Notes under the pieces: generated by a model
Seen by the model: the letters and a program-made list of their open reading frames with translations, nothing else
What the model was told of the DNA's origin: nothing
Database searches by the model: none
Made by a program: the position numbers and the translations under genes
In this document: positions 1 to 8,361 of the stretch, piece after piece
Position numbering within the stretch: position 1 is the first letter of the stretch
How the letters are laid out: each line of letters begins with the position of its first letter
NCBI GenBank assembly: GCA_044226625.1
Contig: JBGAGQ010000005.1
Coordinates: 123,549-187,548, forward strand
Length of the DNA: 64,000 bases
Source: Thermoanaerobaculia bacterium
GTDB lineage: Bacteria; Acidobacteriota; Thermoanaerobaculia; Multivoradales; UBA5704
Direction: 5' to 3'

Positions 1-1298
1 GGATTCACGTAGGTCGTCGTCGAACGGTCGGCGATCGGCAGCGGCGACCGGTCGACCGCCGGAAGGACGGCGATGCGGAGCGCCGGCCGAACGGCCTGGC
101 TTTCCAGGCGCCATCCGCCGATCGGTGGGCGCGCGGCGAGCTCGGCCTCGATCGAATCGGGCGGATCGGTGAGGTCGATGGTCGACCACGAGGCCTCGGG
201 TTGCGGGGCGAGCGTCGCCACGACGGAGGATGAAACGACGAGATATCGCGCCCGAACGGCGATCGACGGCTCGACGAAGTCGAGAGGCAGGTCCGCCGGA
301 GGCGCCCCGGCGCGGCGCGACAGGATCTTGAGGAAGCCCGACCCCACCAGCCGCTCGCTCCTCTTACCCTGCACCACGGTCCCCTCCGCGGAAGCCGGTC
401 CGACCGCCACCTCGGAGCCGTCGTCCATCCAGGCGCGCTCGACGACGAGACCGGCCGGCAGACGGGCCTCGATCGTCGAAAGCTCGCCGCGCAGGACCTC
501 GACCAACACGGTGTCGAAACGGGCGATCTCGTCGGCGCGCAGGTCGAGGTGGGTGACCACGACCGATCGCGCCACGGCGGTCGCCGTGACCTTCGAAGGG
601 GCCGCCGCGGTCCGGATCGAAACGATGCCCAATCCTTCGGACGTCGCGCTGGGCGCGCTTGGGGGGGCGAGCCGCACGTGGCGGACCTTGCCTGTTACCT
701 CATCCTCGAGCTTGACCGCGCCGGCCATCTCCCATGCCGCTTCGGCGGGCAGGGTGAGCTCGATTACCGAGATCGGCGCGATGCCCGTTCGAGTAGCGAT
801 CTCGAACGCCTCGGCGCCCGGCCTCCGTTCGACGTGGCTCTCGAAGGTCGCCACGTAACGCCCGGCCTCCTGGGGCACGAAGGCGAGGGAGGCGCCCGTC
901 GTCCGGTAGAGCTTCGAGACGCCTTTCCCTTCGATGCTGACGCTTTCGATCCGGCCGGCGACCGGGAGCAACACGGGAGCGCCGCCCGCGCCCCGGGCTT
1001 CGATTTCGAAGCGCGTCGCGACGTGGCCGATCCCGCCGTCCACTTCGACTCGGACGCGCTGGGCGGAGAGCATCGTGACGGCGGCCGGAGCGGAGGGTTT
1101 TTCCGAATCGTGCTCCCGGGCCTCACGGACCAGAGCGAGATAGTCGGCGAGCGGCAGGTTCACCGCGTCGACGTGCGAGGCCTGCGCCGCGCCGGTTCGG
1201 GCCAGCGCTAGGAAAAGGAAGACCAGGGAGAGTGTGGTCCAGAACGGCCGTCTCGAGAGGCGGCGGAGCTGCCGAACGCTGTTGACCGTAGAGCTCAT
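1..1298 (-). CDS. Secreted hypothetical protein, partial (runs off the window start); paralog of 1298-3091
   Basis: Not in the ORF track. ATG at 1298 overlaps the upstream TGA (TGATG). The frame reads open to the window edge: MSSTVNSVRQLRRLSRRPFWTTLSLVFLFLALARTGAAQ (signal peptide), then VNLPLADYLAL, similar to VSISLDKFQKL in the neighbour. Confidence 0.8.
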   Translation of the reverse strand, partial: MSSTVNSVRQLRRLSRRPFWTTLSLVFLFLALARTGAAQASHVDAVNLPLADYLALVREAREHDSEKPSAPAAVTMLSAQRVRVEVDGGIGHVATRFEIEARGAGGAPVLLPVAGRIESVSIEGKGVSKLYRTTGASLAFVPQEAGRYVATFESHVERRPGAEAFEIATRTGIAPISVIELTLPAEAAWEMAGAVKLEDEVTGKVRHVRLAPPSAPSATSEGLGIVSIRTAAAPSKVTATAVARSVVVTHLDLRADEIARFDTVLVEVLRGELSTIEARLPAGLVVERAWMDDGSEVAVGPASAEGTVVQGKRSERLVGSGFLKILSRRAGAPPADLPLDFVEPSIAVRARYLVVSSSVVATLAPQPEASWSTIDLTDPPDSIEAELAARPPIGGWRLESQAVRPALRIAVLPAVDRSPLPIADRSTTTYVN

Positions 1299-3091
1299 CA
1301 CCGGTCCCTCCTCGATGCCTGGAGCGGTTTGACGTCGATCAGAAGGGGAGGCGGCTCTTTCGACCACCCGGACCAGCTGGCCTCGAGCACGGAAAAGCCC
1401 GAAGGTGGTTCGAGGAAAGCCAGCCAGGAGACCTTCGGGGCACCCGGTTCGTTCGCCCACGGCGGGGGAGGGACGCGGCCCGCCCGCCCCGGTTCGGCGA
1501 AGGAATAGCCAAAGCCCGGGGGCACTACGAGCCGCACCTCGACCCGGCTTGCGGGGATGCCGAAACGAGGCAAAGGAAGGGTCAAGCGACCTCCCTGGCT
1601 CGGGAACGATTGGGCAACCAGCGCCTCCAGATAGGCCACTTGAGCGTCCTCTCGCACGACCATCGGAAGCGCCCACTCTTCGCTGCCCGAGCTCGCGCCC
1701 GGGAGGCGGCCCGGCGTCACGTCGGCGCCGTTGCGTCGCGCGGAGAGCAGTCGTGCGCCGGGAGGCAAGCCGATCGTGAGGGACGAGTCACCGTTTCGCG
1801 CCTCGGCCCAGAGCTGGTAGTGGGCGGTTCCGGCGTCGCCCAGCAGCACGTCGACCACCAGCCGATCGATCTGCCCGGTGAGCACATCGCCGCCGGTCGC
1901 CCAAGTGACCCGCCAGACCGGCGACGGTAGGACGGGATCGGCGCGCAGCGGCTCACCCGGCGCCTCTCGGAAGGCCCGCGCGAAGCCGCCCAGCTGTTCG
2001 ACCGCGAGGCGCTCGAGCGGCTGGGACCCGAGCGGTTCGAGCAAGCCGTCGTTTGCGCGTATGGCGATCTTGCGCGCGGCGCGCACCGTGCGGGCGCCCT
2101 CCGGCACCAGGACGGGAGCGTCGATCTCGGCCGCCGAGTCCGCGGCGAGCTGGACTTGGACGCTCAGGTCGCGCTGGGTCAACCGACGCAGCTGGATCGT
2201 GAGGACGCCGTCCTTTACCTCCCAGTCCGCCACGCGATCGCCGCTCGCCGAGAGGACCTCGTAGCCGGCGGGCATAGGGATGCGCAACCGCTCGAGCGTT
2301 TCTGGCCGCCCGCCGCGGACGTGGGCTTCGAGGTAGGCCGTCACCCGACGCCGAGCTCTCGAAACCGCGAGAGCGCTCGCCGTATCGACGTCGAGCGAAA
2401 GCGGCTCTTCCGCGACCGGGGTGACGACGGCCGCCTGCCCGAAAAGCCGGAGGCTGATTCGCGCTCCGGGATCGCCCACCAGTTGCCAGCGCCCGGTGCC
2501 GTCGGGGCGGACCGCGCCTCCCTCGGCGGCTTCCACTCGTTCTACGCCCGACGCCGCGACGACCGTGCCGACGACCCAAGCGGCGGCCGGCCATGTCATC
2601 TCGAGATGTCGTTCCGTTTCGACCGCGTCCGGGTCGAGCGGCACCGGGAGGACCGACTCGACCGTGATGACGTGGCGTCCGCTGCCCCGGAGACGGAGGA
2701 AGGCCGGTCCCTGGTTGGCACCCCCTGGCGGTGAATCGAGCGTGGCCTCGCATCCGACCGCCGAGACCGAGAGCAGGGGGCCGATCCCGGGCAGGGCCAG
2801 GAGCAGCTCGTCCGAGGGTTTCGCCGGATCGAGGACGACCGCGAGCTCGGTCGAGAGTCGCGCGGACTCCGCGCCGACGGCGATGCGAACCTGGGCCGAC
2901 TCGACGGCGAGCGGCGCGATCGGAATCGGCGGATCGGGGGGCTTTGGGTGGGCCTGATCCCACAGTTTCTGGAACTTGTCCAAGGAAATGGAGACCTGCT
3001 GGGCTCGCAAGGGGTGCGGGGACGACGCCGTCATCCAAACGGCGAGACCTCCCGCGAGCCAGGTGACGAGGGCGGGGCGAAATCCGTTCAT
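1298..3091 (-). CDS. Secreted hypothetical protein, beta-rich, about 597 aa
   Basis: ORF 1298..3130. GGAGG precedes ATG 3091 (MNGFRPALVTWLAGG...LRAQQ signal peptide). Confidence 0.8.
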   Translation of the reverse strand: MNGFRPALVTWLAGGLAVWMTASSPHPLRAQQVSISLDKFQKLWDQAHPKPPDPPIPIAPLAVESAQVRIAVGAESARLSTELAVVLDPAKPSDELLLALPGIGPLLSVSAVGCEATLDSPPGGANQGPAFLRLRGSGRHVITVESVLPVPLDPDAVETERHLEMTWPAAAWVVGTVVAASGVERVEAAEGGAVRPDGTGRWQLVGDPGARISLRLFGQAAVVTPVAEEPLSLDVDTASALAVSRARRRVTAYLEAHVRGGRPETLERLRIPMPAGYEVLSASGDRVADWEVKDGVLTIQLRRLTQRDLSVQVQLAADSAAEIDAPVLVPEGARTVRAARKIAIRANDGLLEPLGSQPLERLAVEQLGGFARAFREAPGEPLRADPVLPSPVWRVTWATGGDVLTGQIDRLVVDVLLGDAGTAHYQLWAEARNGDSSLTIGLPPGARLLSARRNGADVTPGRLPGASSGSEEWALPMVVREDAQVAYLEALVAQSFPSQGGRLTLPLPRFGIPASRVEVRLVVPPGFGYSFAEPGRAGRVPPPPWANEPGAPKVSWLAFLEPPSGFSVLEASWSGWSKEPPPLLIDVKPLQASRRDR

Positions 3092-3342
3092 GGGAGCCTC
3101 CGATCCATAAGACACCACAGCGTGACGCAACGAAACCGGCTTGAGCTATCCGTTCTCTTTGCAAGGAGACGGCCAGAAACGGAAGAAGTCCTAGGAAAGC
3201 TCGGCCGCAGGAGACGGATCGTGGGAGGGCGAGTTGGATCTGGGCGCGGCGAGCGGGCTCTTGCGGAGCCCCGTGCCCGGCGTCCGGTTGGCGAATCGGA
3301 CGGAAGGCCGATATCCTTTTTTTGAAAGGAGCCCTCCAAGAC

Positions 3343-3714
3343 ATGGCGAAACGTGCCGCTGATGATCCCGGCAGGTTGATCCACGAGGTCATCCGAACCC
3401 TGACGATCGCGCCGGCCTACACCCGGCCCTCTCTGCGCCGGGCGATCGTCGCGCGAAGCGGTGCGAGTGCCGGCGTCGCGCCGCCCGGGCCCGATGAGAT
3501 CCCCGCCGAGCTTCTGGATTTCGTCGACAAGATCGCCGAGCGAGCGACCGAGGTGACGGACGAGGACTTCGCCACCCTCTCGGCCCGCGGCTATACGGTC
3601 GATCAGCTGTTCGACGTCGTCCTGGCCGCCTCGCTCGGCGCGAGCCACGCCCGCCTGGAGCGTGGCCTCGGTGCCCTCGCACTCGCCCTCGAACAACTCG
3701 CCAAGGAGCCTTGA
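3343..3714 (+). CDS. Carboxymuconolactone decarboxylase/AhpD-fold protein lacking Cys
   Basis: AAGGAG before ATG 3343. FVDKIAERATEVTDEDFATLSARGYTVDQLFDVV is a CMD-like helical segment; no CxxC. Confidence 0.75.
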   Translation: MAKRAADDPGRLIHEVIRTLTIAPAYTRPSLRRAIVARSGASAGVAPPGPDEIPAELLDFVDKIAERATEVTDEDFATLSARGYTVDQLFDVVLAASLGASHARLERGLGALALALEQLAKEP

Positions 3715-3719
3715 AATCG

Positions 3720-4313
3720 ATGCGTCTTCCTCTGCGTCAGAAACTCTCGTTCCTGCAGCGTCTGATCCTGCGCGTCGTCGTGGCGAAGATGGGCTTCGAG
3801 CCCGGGCCGATCACCATCGGCTCGTACCGCAAGCGGTTCGTCGGCGCAAAGTTCACCCGGGCGCTCGAAGCCGCGATGATCGCCGCGAAGCACTGGCGTC
3901 GCGAGGAGACCGAGCTGTTCGCCGCGTTCGTCTCCAACTTGAATACCTGCACCTTCTGACTGGGTTGTCACGCCGCGGTCGCGGCGCACGGAATCGCTCA
4001 AGAAACGCTCGCGACGGTCTTGTCCGACTGGCGGACCGCGCCGCTTCCCGAGCGGACGAAGTTGGTCCTCGGCTTGTTGGAGAAGCTGACGCTCGAACCG
4101 GGAGAGGTCGGGGCGGATGACGTGAGACCGCTGCTCGCGGCGGGTATCGAGCCCGAGGCGATCCGCGAGGCGCTCCACGTCCTTTTTCTCTTCTCCACGC
4201 TCAACCGCTGGGCCGACACCCTCGACTTCGAGCGCCCGCTGGCCGGCAACTACGCGCCGACCGGCAAGTTCCTGTTCGAGAAGGGGTACATGGGCGGGGT
4301 GCTGCCAGGGTAG
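3720..4313 (+). CDS. AhpD-like alkylhydroperoxidase/CMD family selenoprotein (TGA 3957-3959 read as Sec)
   Basis: ORFs 3711..3959 and 4020..4313 are in one frame, separated only by TGA. The joined protein reads ETELFAAFVSNLNTCTF-U-LGCHAA, matching the AhpD E..N-CxxC-xxxH motif with U at the second Cys. Confidence 0.85.
3971..3986 (+). promoter_or_regulatory. Candidate bacterial SECIS element
   Basis: CGCCGC-GGTC-GCGGCG hairpin. The G-initiated apical loop starts 17 nt after the UGA. Confidence 0.7.
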
Positions 4314-4333
4314 GGCGAAACGCGCCTCCGGAA

Positions 4334-6925
4334 TTACAGCCGCGGATCGACCGGCTCGCTTTCGAGCGCGAGGACGCCGAAGGCGCACTCGTGAACGCGG
4401 TAGAGCGGCTCGCGGCGCACGAATCGTTCGAGCCCTTCGAGGCCGAGGGCGAACTCGCGCAACGCGAGCGACCTCTTCGCCGCGACCGCGCGCTTTTTGA
4501 GCCGGACGAGGTTCTCCTCCGCCGTGTACTCCGGGCCGTAGATGATCCGAAGGTACTCGCGCCCCCGGCACTTGATGGCTGGCTGAGCGAGCCTTCGCTT
4601 GCCGGGGGAGAGGAAACTCCGCGGCTTGACCACCATCCCCTCGCCTCCCCGGGCGGTCAGATCGAGCCACCAGGCGATCGCCGCTTCGACCTCGGTCGAA
4701 TCTTCGAGGTCGACGAGGCGGTGCGGCGTAGCGACGATCAGGGCGGGGTCGGCCGCGGCGAGGCGGCCGAGACGTTCGAGATGCCAGAGATGGTCGCGAT
4801 CCGCGTGGACCCTGCCTTCCGACGCAAGCAGATGGAACGGCGCGAGCCGAAGATCGGCCAGAGAGGCGACCGGCCAGACGTAGCGGCGGTAGGCCTCGAC
4901 GAAGCCCTCGATCCGACCTAGACGTTCCCGGCTCGCCGCGGCGAGAGGAGCCGCGTCGGCGAGTCGTTCGGCCGTCTTCTCGATCGCGGCGTGGGTATGC
5001 GCGAGAGCGGAACGGCCGGCAGCGCCCACCGGGGCGTACTGCTGCCGGAGCAGCTCGAGCGCCTTGGCGGACCACGGCATCAGCTCGGCGTCCAGGAGCA
5101 GCCAGTCGGTCTCCAACTCGTCCCACAGGTCGGCCTCGCCCGCCGCCTTCGCCAAGCGGACGAGGAGCTCGCGCTCCAGCATCGGATCGGAAAAGAACGG
5201 GCGGCCGGTGCGCGTGAGACAGACCCCCAGACGCGGCGACGGCCCGAACCGTCGCGGCGCCGCGTCCTCGGTCCGGCAGAGGACCACGACCACCCGCGAC
5301 CCCATGTGCTTTTCTTCGCAGACGACCTCGCGAACCCCCTCTCCCGCATAGTAGGCGAACGCCTGGTCGGGATGCTCCAGAAACCCGGGGTGGGGTGACG
5401 TCTCGACGGGCGCCATGGTCGGTGGCAGGTAGATCATCCAGCGCGGATCGACCGCGAAGCGCGAGACCGCTTCGAGCGCCGCGGCGGAGTTGCCCTCACG
5501 GATCGCGATCCGCCCGAGACAGGCGGTCTCGATCGAGCGCGCTCCCGCGACGTCCGAAAGATCGAGGAGGCCTTCGAATCCTTTCCGCTGAGTTTCTGTG
5601 GGTCCACCCGTCGGTGTCGCGGCCGAACCGGTCGCCGCGGTCGCTGAGGAAGCGCCGAGCGGTCGGACCGGCTCGCAATAGACCTGGCGGGCGGCGACCG
5701 AGACGATCTCCATCTCCGGGTAGCGCAAGGCGGTGAGCCGGCCTCCGAAGACGCAGCCCGTGTCCACGTTGATCGTTCCGTTGATCCATTCCGGTTCGAG
5801 CACCGGTGTGTGCCCGTAGACCACTCGAGCTCGCCCTCGATAGTCGTCGGCCCAGGGATAGCGGACGGGGAGGCCGAGCTCGTCCGTTTCGCCCGTCGTT
5901 TCGCCGAAGAGGGCGAAGCTGCGCACCGCGCCGGAAGAGCGTCCCTGCATCTCTTCCTTCATGCCCGCGTGCGCGACGACCAACCGTCCGCCGTCGAGCA
6001 CGTAGTGGCTCACCAGGCCGCCGAGAAACGCCGCGATCGCCTCGCGCCGGTCCGCGGCCAGGGCCTCCATCTGCGCGAGCGATTCGGCGAGCCCGTGGGA
6101 GATCCGCACCTGCTGGCCCCGCAACGCCTTTTCGAGCTTCACGTCGTGGTTGCCGGGGATGCACAGGGCGGTGCCCGCCGCCGTCATTCCCATCGCCAGG
6201 TCGAGCACGTCGACGACGCGCGGGCCTCGGTCGACCAGATCGCCCAGGAAGACGAGAGTCCGCCCTTCCGGATGGCGCGCCGACGGACCCCCCGCCTCGT
6301 TCGTCTCGAACCGCCAGCCGAGCCGCTCCATCAGCTCGGCGAGCTCGTCGTAGCAGCCATGAACGTCGCCCACGATGTCGAACGGCCCGGTGACCTCGGG
6401 CTTGCGGGTCCACAGCGCGCGGCGCTCGACCGTCGCGGAGTCCGCCGCCTCTTCCGACGTGAAGCGGTAGACGTGTCGAAACCCCTCGCGACCGAGCCCG
6501 CGGAGCGAGCGGCGCAGCTGCTGGGACTGGTTCCGCACGACGTGCGGCCCGAGCTCGCGGTCGGTTCGATTCCGGTTGCGATCGACGCAGACCCGTTCCG
6601 GCAGGTCGAACACGATCGCCACGGCGAACACGTGGTATTTCCGAGCCAGCTCGATCAGAGGTTTCCTCGCCTCGGGCTGGACGTTGGTCGCGTCGATCAC
6701 GGTCAGACGTCCCAGCGCGAGACGCCTCGCCGCGACGAGATGAAGCAGCTCGAAGGCGTGGGGTGTCGCGGTCTGATCGTTTTCGTCGTCCGCCACGAGC
6801 CCGCGAAAATAATCGGACGAGAGCACCTCGGTGGGACGGAACAAGCGCCGCGCGAACGTCGATTTGCCGGAGCCGGACGGGCCGACCAACAACACCAGGG
6901 AGAGCTCGGGAATCGGCAGGTTCAT
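4334..6925 (-). CDS. pnkp: Polynucleotide kinase-phosphatase-ligase Pnkp (RNA repair)
   Basis: True start MNLPIPELS overlaps the hen1 stop (ATGA). P-loop GPSGSGKST; metallophosphoesterase DVHG/GDLVDRG/GNHD; ligase KHMGSR and EGMVVKP; C-terminal EPVDPRL. Confidence 0.95.
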   Translation of the reverse strand: MNLPIPELSLVLLVGPSGSGKSTFARRLFRPTEVLSSDYFRGLVADDENDQTATPHAFELLHLVAARRLALGRLTVIDATNVQPEARKPLIELARKYHVFAVAIVFDLPERVCVDRNRNRTDRELGPHVVRNQSQQLRRSLRGLGREGFRHVYRFTSEEAADSATVERRALWTRKPEVTGPFDIVGDVHGCYDELAELMERLGWRFETNEAGGPSARHPEGRTLVFLGDLVDRGPRVVDVLDLAMGMTAAGTALCIPGNHDVKLEKALRGQQVRISHGLAESLAQMEALAADRREAIAAFLGGLVSHYVLDGGRLVVAHAGMKEEMQGRSSGAVRSFALFGETTGETDELGLPVRYPWADDYRGRARVVYGHTPVLEPEWINGTINVDTGCVFGGRLTALRYPEMEIVSVAARQVYCEPVRPLGASSATAATGSAATPTGGPTETQRKGFEGLLDLSDVAGARSIETACLGRIAIREGNSAAALEAVSRFAVDPRWMIYLPPTMAPVETSPHPGFLEHPDQAFAYYAGEGVREVVCEEKHMGSRVVVVLCRTEDAAPRRFGPSPRLGVCLTRTGRPFFSDPMLERELLVRLAKAAGEADLWDELETDWLLLDAELMPWSAKALELLRQQYAPVGAAGRSALAHTHAAIEKTAERLADAAPLAAASRERLGRIEGFVEAYRRYVWPVASLADLRLAPFHLLASEGRVHADRDHLWHLERLGRLAAADPALIVATPHRLVDLEDSTEVEAAIAWWLDLTARGGEGMVVKPRSFLSPGKRRLAQPAIKCRGREYLRIIYGPEYTAEENLVRLKKRAVAAKRSLALREFALGLEGLERFVRREPLYRVHECAFGVLALESEPVDPRL

Positions 6926-8322
6926 CGTGCCGCCTTCTCGGGCGCCTCGCCGTCGATTCGGGAGAACACGGCGAGCTGCGACGGCGCGCCGAGCTCCGGA
7001 TCCTCGGGGCCGAGCGGCGAAATCTCGGCCCGGTATCCGAACCGTGTCGCGACGCCCTCGGCCCAGGCGGCAAGCTCCGAGCGGCTCCACTCGAACCGAT
7101 GGTCGCGATGGCGGAAGCGGCCCGCGGGCAGGCCGGGGAAGAGGCGGTTGTAGTCGGCGTTCGGGGTCGTGAGGACCACGGTCGCCGGACGCGCGAGCTC
7201 GAAGACCACCCTTTCGAGCGCGCCGAGCCGCGCGAGGTCGACGTGCTCGATCACCTCGACCAACGCCGCGGCGTCGTAACCCGAGAGGCGTCGGTCGCGA
7301 TAGGTGAGCGCGCCGTGGAGAAGCCTGACTCGAGCGCGCTTGCGCTCCGGGAGCCGGTCGAGCTTGAGCCGTTCCTCCGCCACCTGGAGGGCGGCCGAGC
7401 TCGCGTCGAGGCCGACGATCTCTTCGAACTGGCGGTCCTCGAGCAGACGCCGGATCAGCTTGCCTTCGCCGCAACCGAGGTCGAGCACTCTCCGCGCCCC
7501 GGCGGCGCGCAACGTTTCGACCACCCGGTCGAGGCGGACGTCGTGGAGTCTCATCGGAACCTCGAGCGTCGCCTCGCGCTCGTCGGCCCCCTGGGCGTCT
7601 TCTTCCTCGCCTTCCCCGAGCCGGGAGAGCGCGCTCGCGACGAGCGGACGGAAGCGGAGATAGCGGCGGGCGATCGCCTCGCGCTCGGGATGCGCGGCAA
7701 GCCAACCTTCGCCGTGGCGCAGGAGCTTTTCTACCTCCTCGTTGCCGAGCCAGTAGTGTTTCTCGGTATCCAGAACGGGGATCAGAACGTAGAGGTGGGC
7801 GAGCGCGTCGGACAGACGCTGGGTCGCCTCGAGGCGAACGTCGAAATAGGGACTGACTCCCCACTCGGGGAACCGCTCGTCGAGCGGCAACGCGCGCGCC
7901 TCGACCTGATAGCCGAGCGGCTCGAAGAGGCGGCGCAGGAAATCCTCCCCGCCACGGCAAGGGAGCGCGGCCACCTCGATCTCGAGCGGGATCGCCGTGG
8001 CGGCCAGCTCCGGCCGATCGCGGCAGCGGCCGCCGAGCGCGCTGCCGTAGATTCGGGCGATCGCGACCGAAAGAAACGACGACGCGGCGTAGGGCCGGTC
8101 GTTGACGTACTGCGCCTCGGCGGCGTTCCGGCCGCGAACGAGGGCGACCGGATCGACCTCGATCGTGAGCGCCGCGGTGCAGCGGGTTTCGGTTGCCTCG
8201 GGGAAGAAGACCTGAGCGACGCCGAACGGCAGGTCGAAGCGATGGATCCGCTCGGGATGCTTGTGGAGCAGGAAACCGAGATCGGTCGCGGGCGAGGCGG
8301 TGGTCGAAAGCGACAGAAACAT
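6922..8322 (-). CDS. hen1: 3' terminal RNA ribose 2'-O-methyltransferase Hen1
   Basis: N-terminal ATDLGFLLHKHP and QYVNDRPY; SAM motif DLGCGEG; EVIEH; TTPNADYN; RHRDHRFEW; adjacent to pnkp. Confidence 0.95.
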   Translation of the reverse strand: MFLSLSTTASPATDLGFLLHKHPERIHRFDLPFGVAQVFFPEATETRCTAALTIEVDPVALVRGRNAAEAQYVNDRPYAASSFLSVAIARIYGSALGGRCRDRPELAATAIPLEIEVAALPCRGGEDFLRRLFEPLGYQVEARALPLDERFPEWGVSPYFDVRLEATQRLSDALAHLYVLIPVLDTEKHYWLGNEEVEKLLRHGEGWLAAHPEREAIARRYLRFRPLVASALSRLGEGEEEDAQGADEREATLEVPMRLHDVRLDRVVETLRAAGARRVLDLGCGEGKLIRRLLEDRQFEEIVGLDASSAALQVAEERLKLDRLPERKRARVRLLHGALTYRDRRLSGYDAAALVEVIEHVDLARLGALERVVFELARPATVVLTTPNADYNRLFPGLPAGRFRHRDHRFEWSRSELAAWAEGVATRFGYRAEISPLGPEDPELGAPSQLAVFSRIDGEAPEKAAR

Positions 8323-8361
8323 GGGTCGATCGGACCGGCCGCCTAGCGCTGCCGTCCGCTC

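Noticed and set aside
3957-3959. Nonsense-mutation (pseudogene) reading of the TGA
   Set aside because: Disfavoured, not excluded: the stop is at the catalytic Cys position, the rest of the frame is intact and a SECIS-like hairpin follows.
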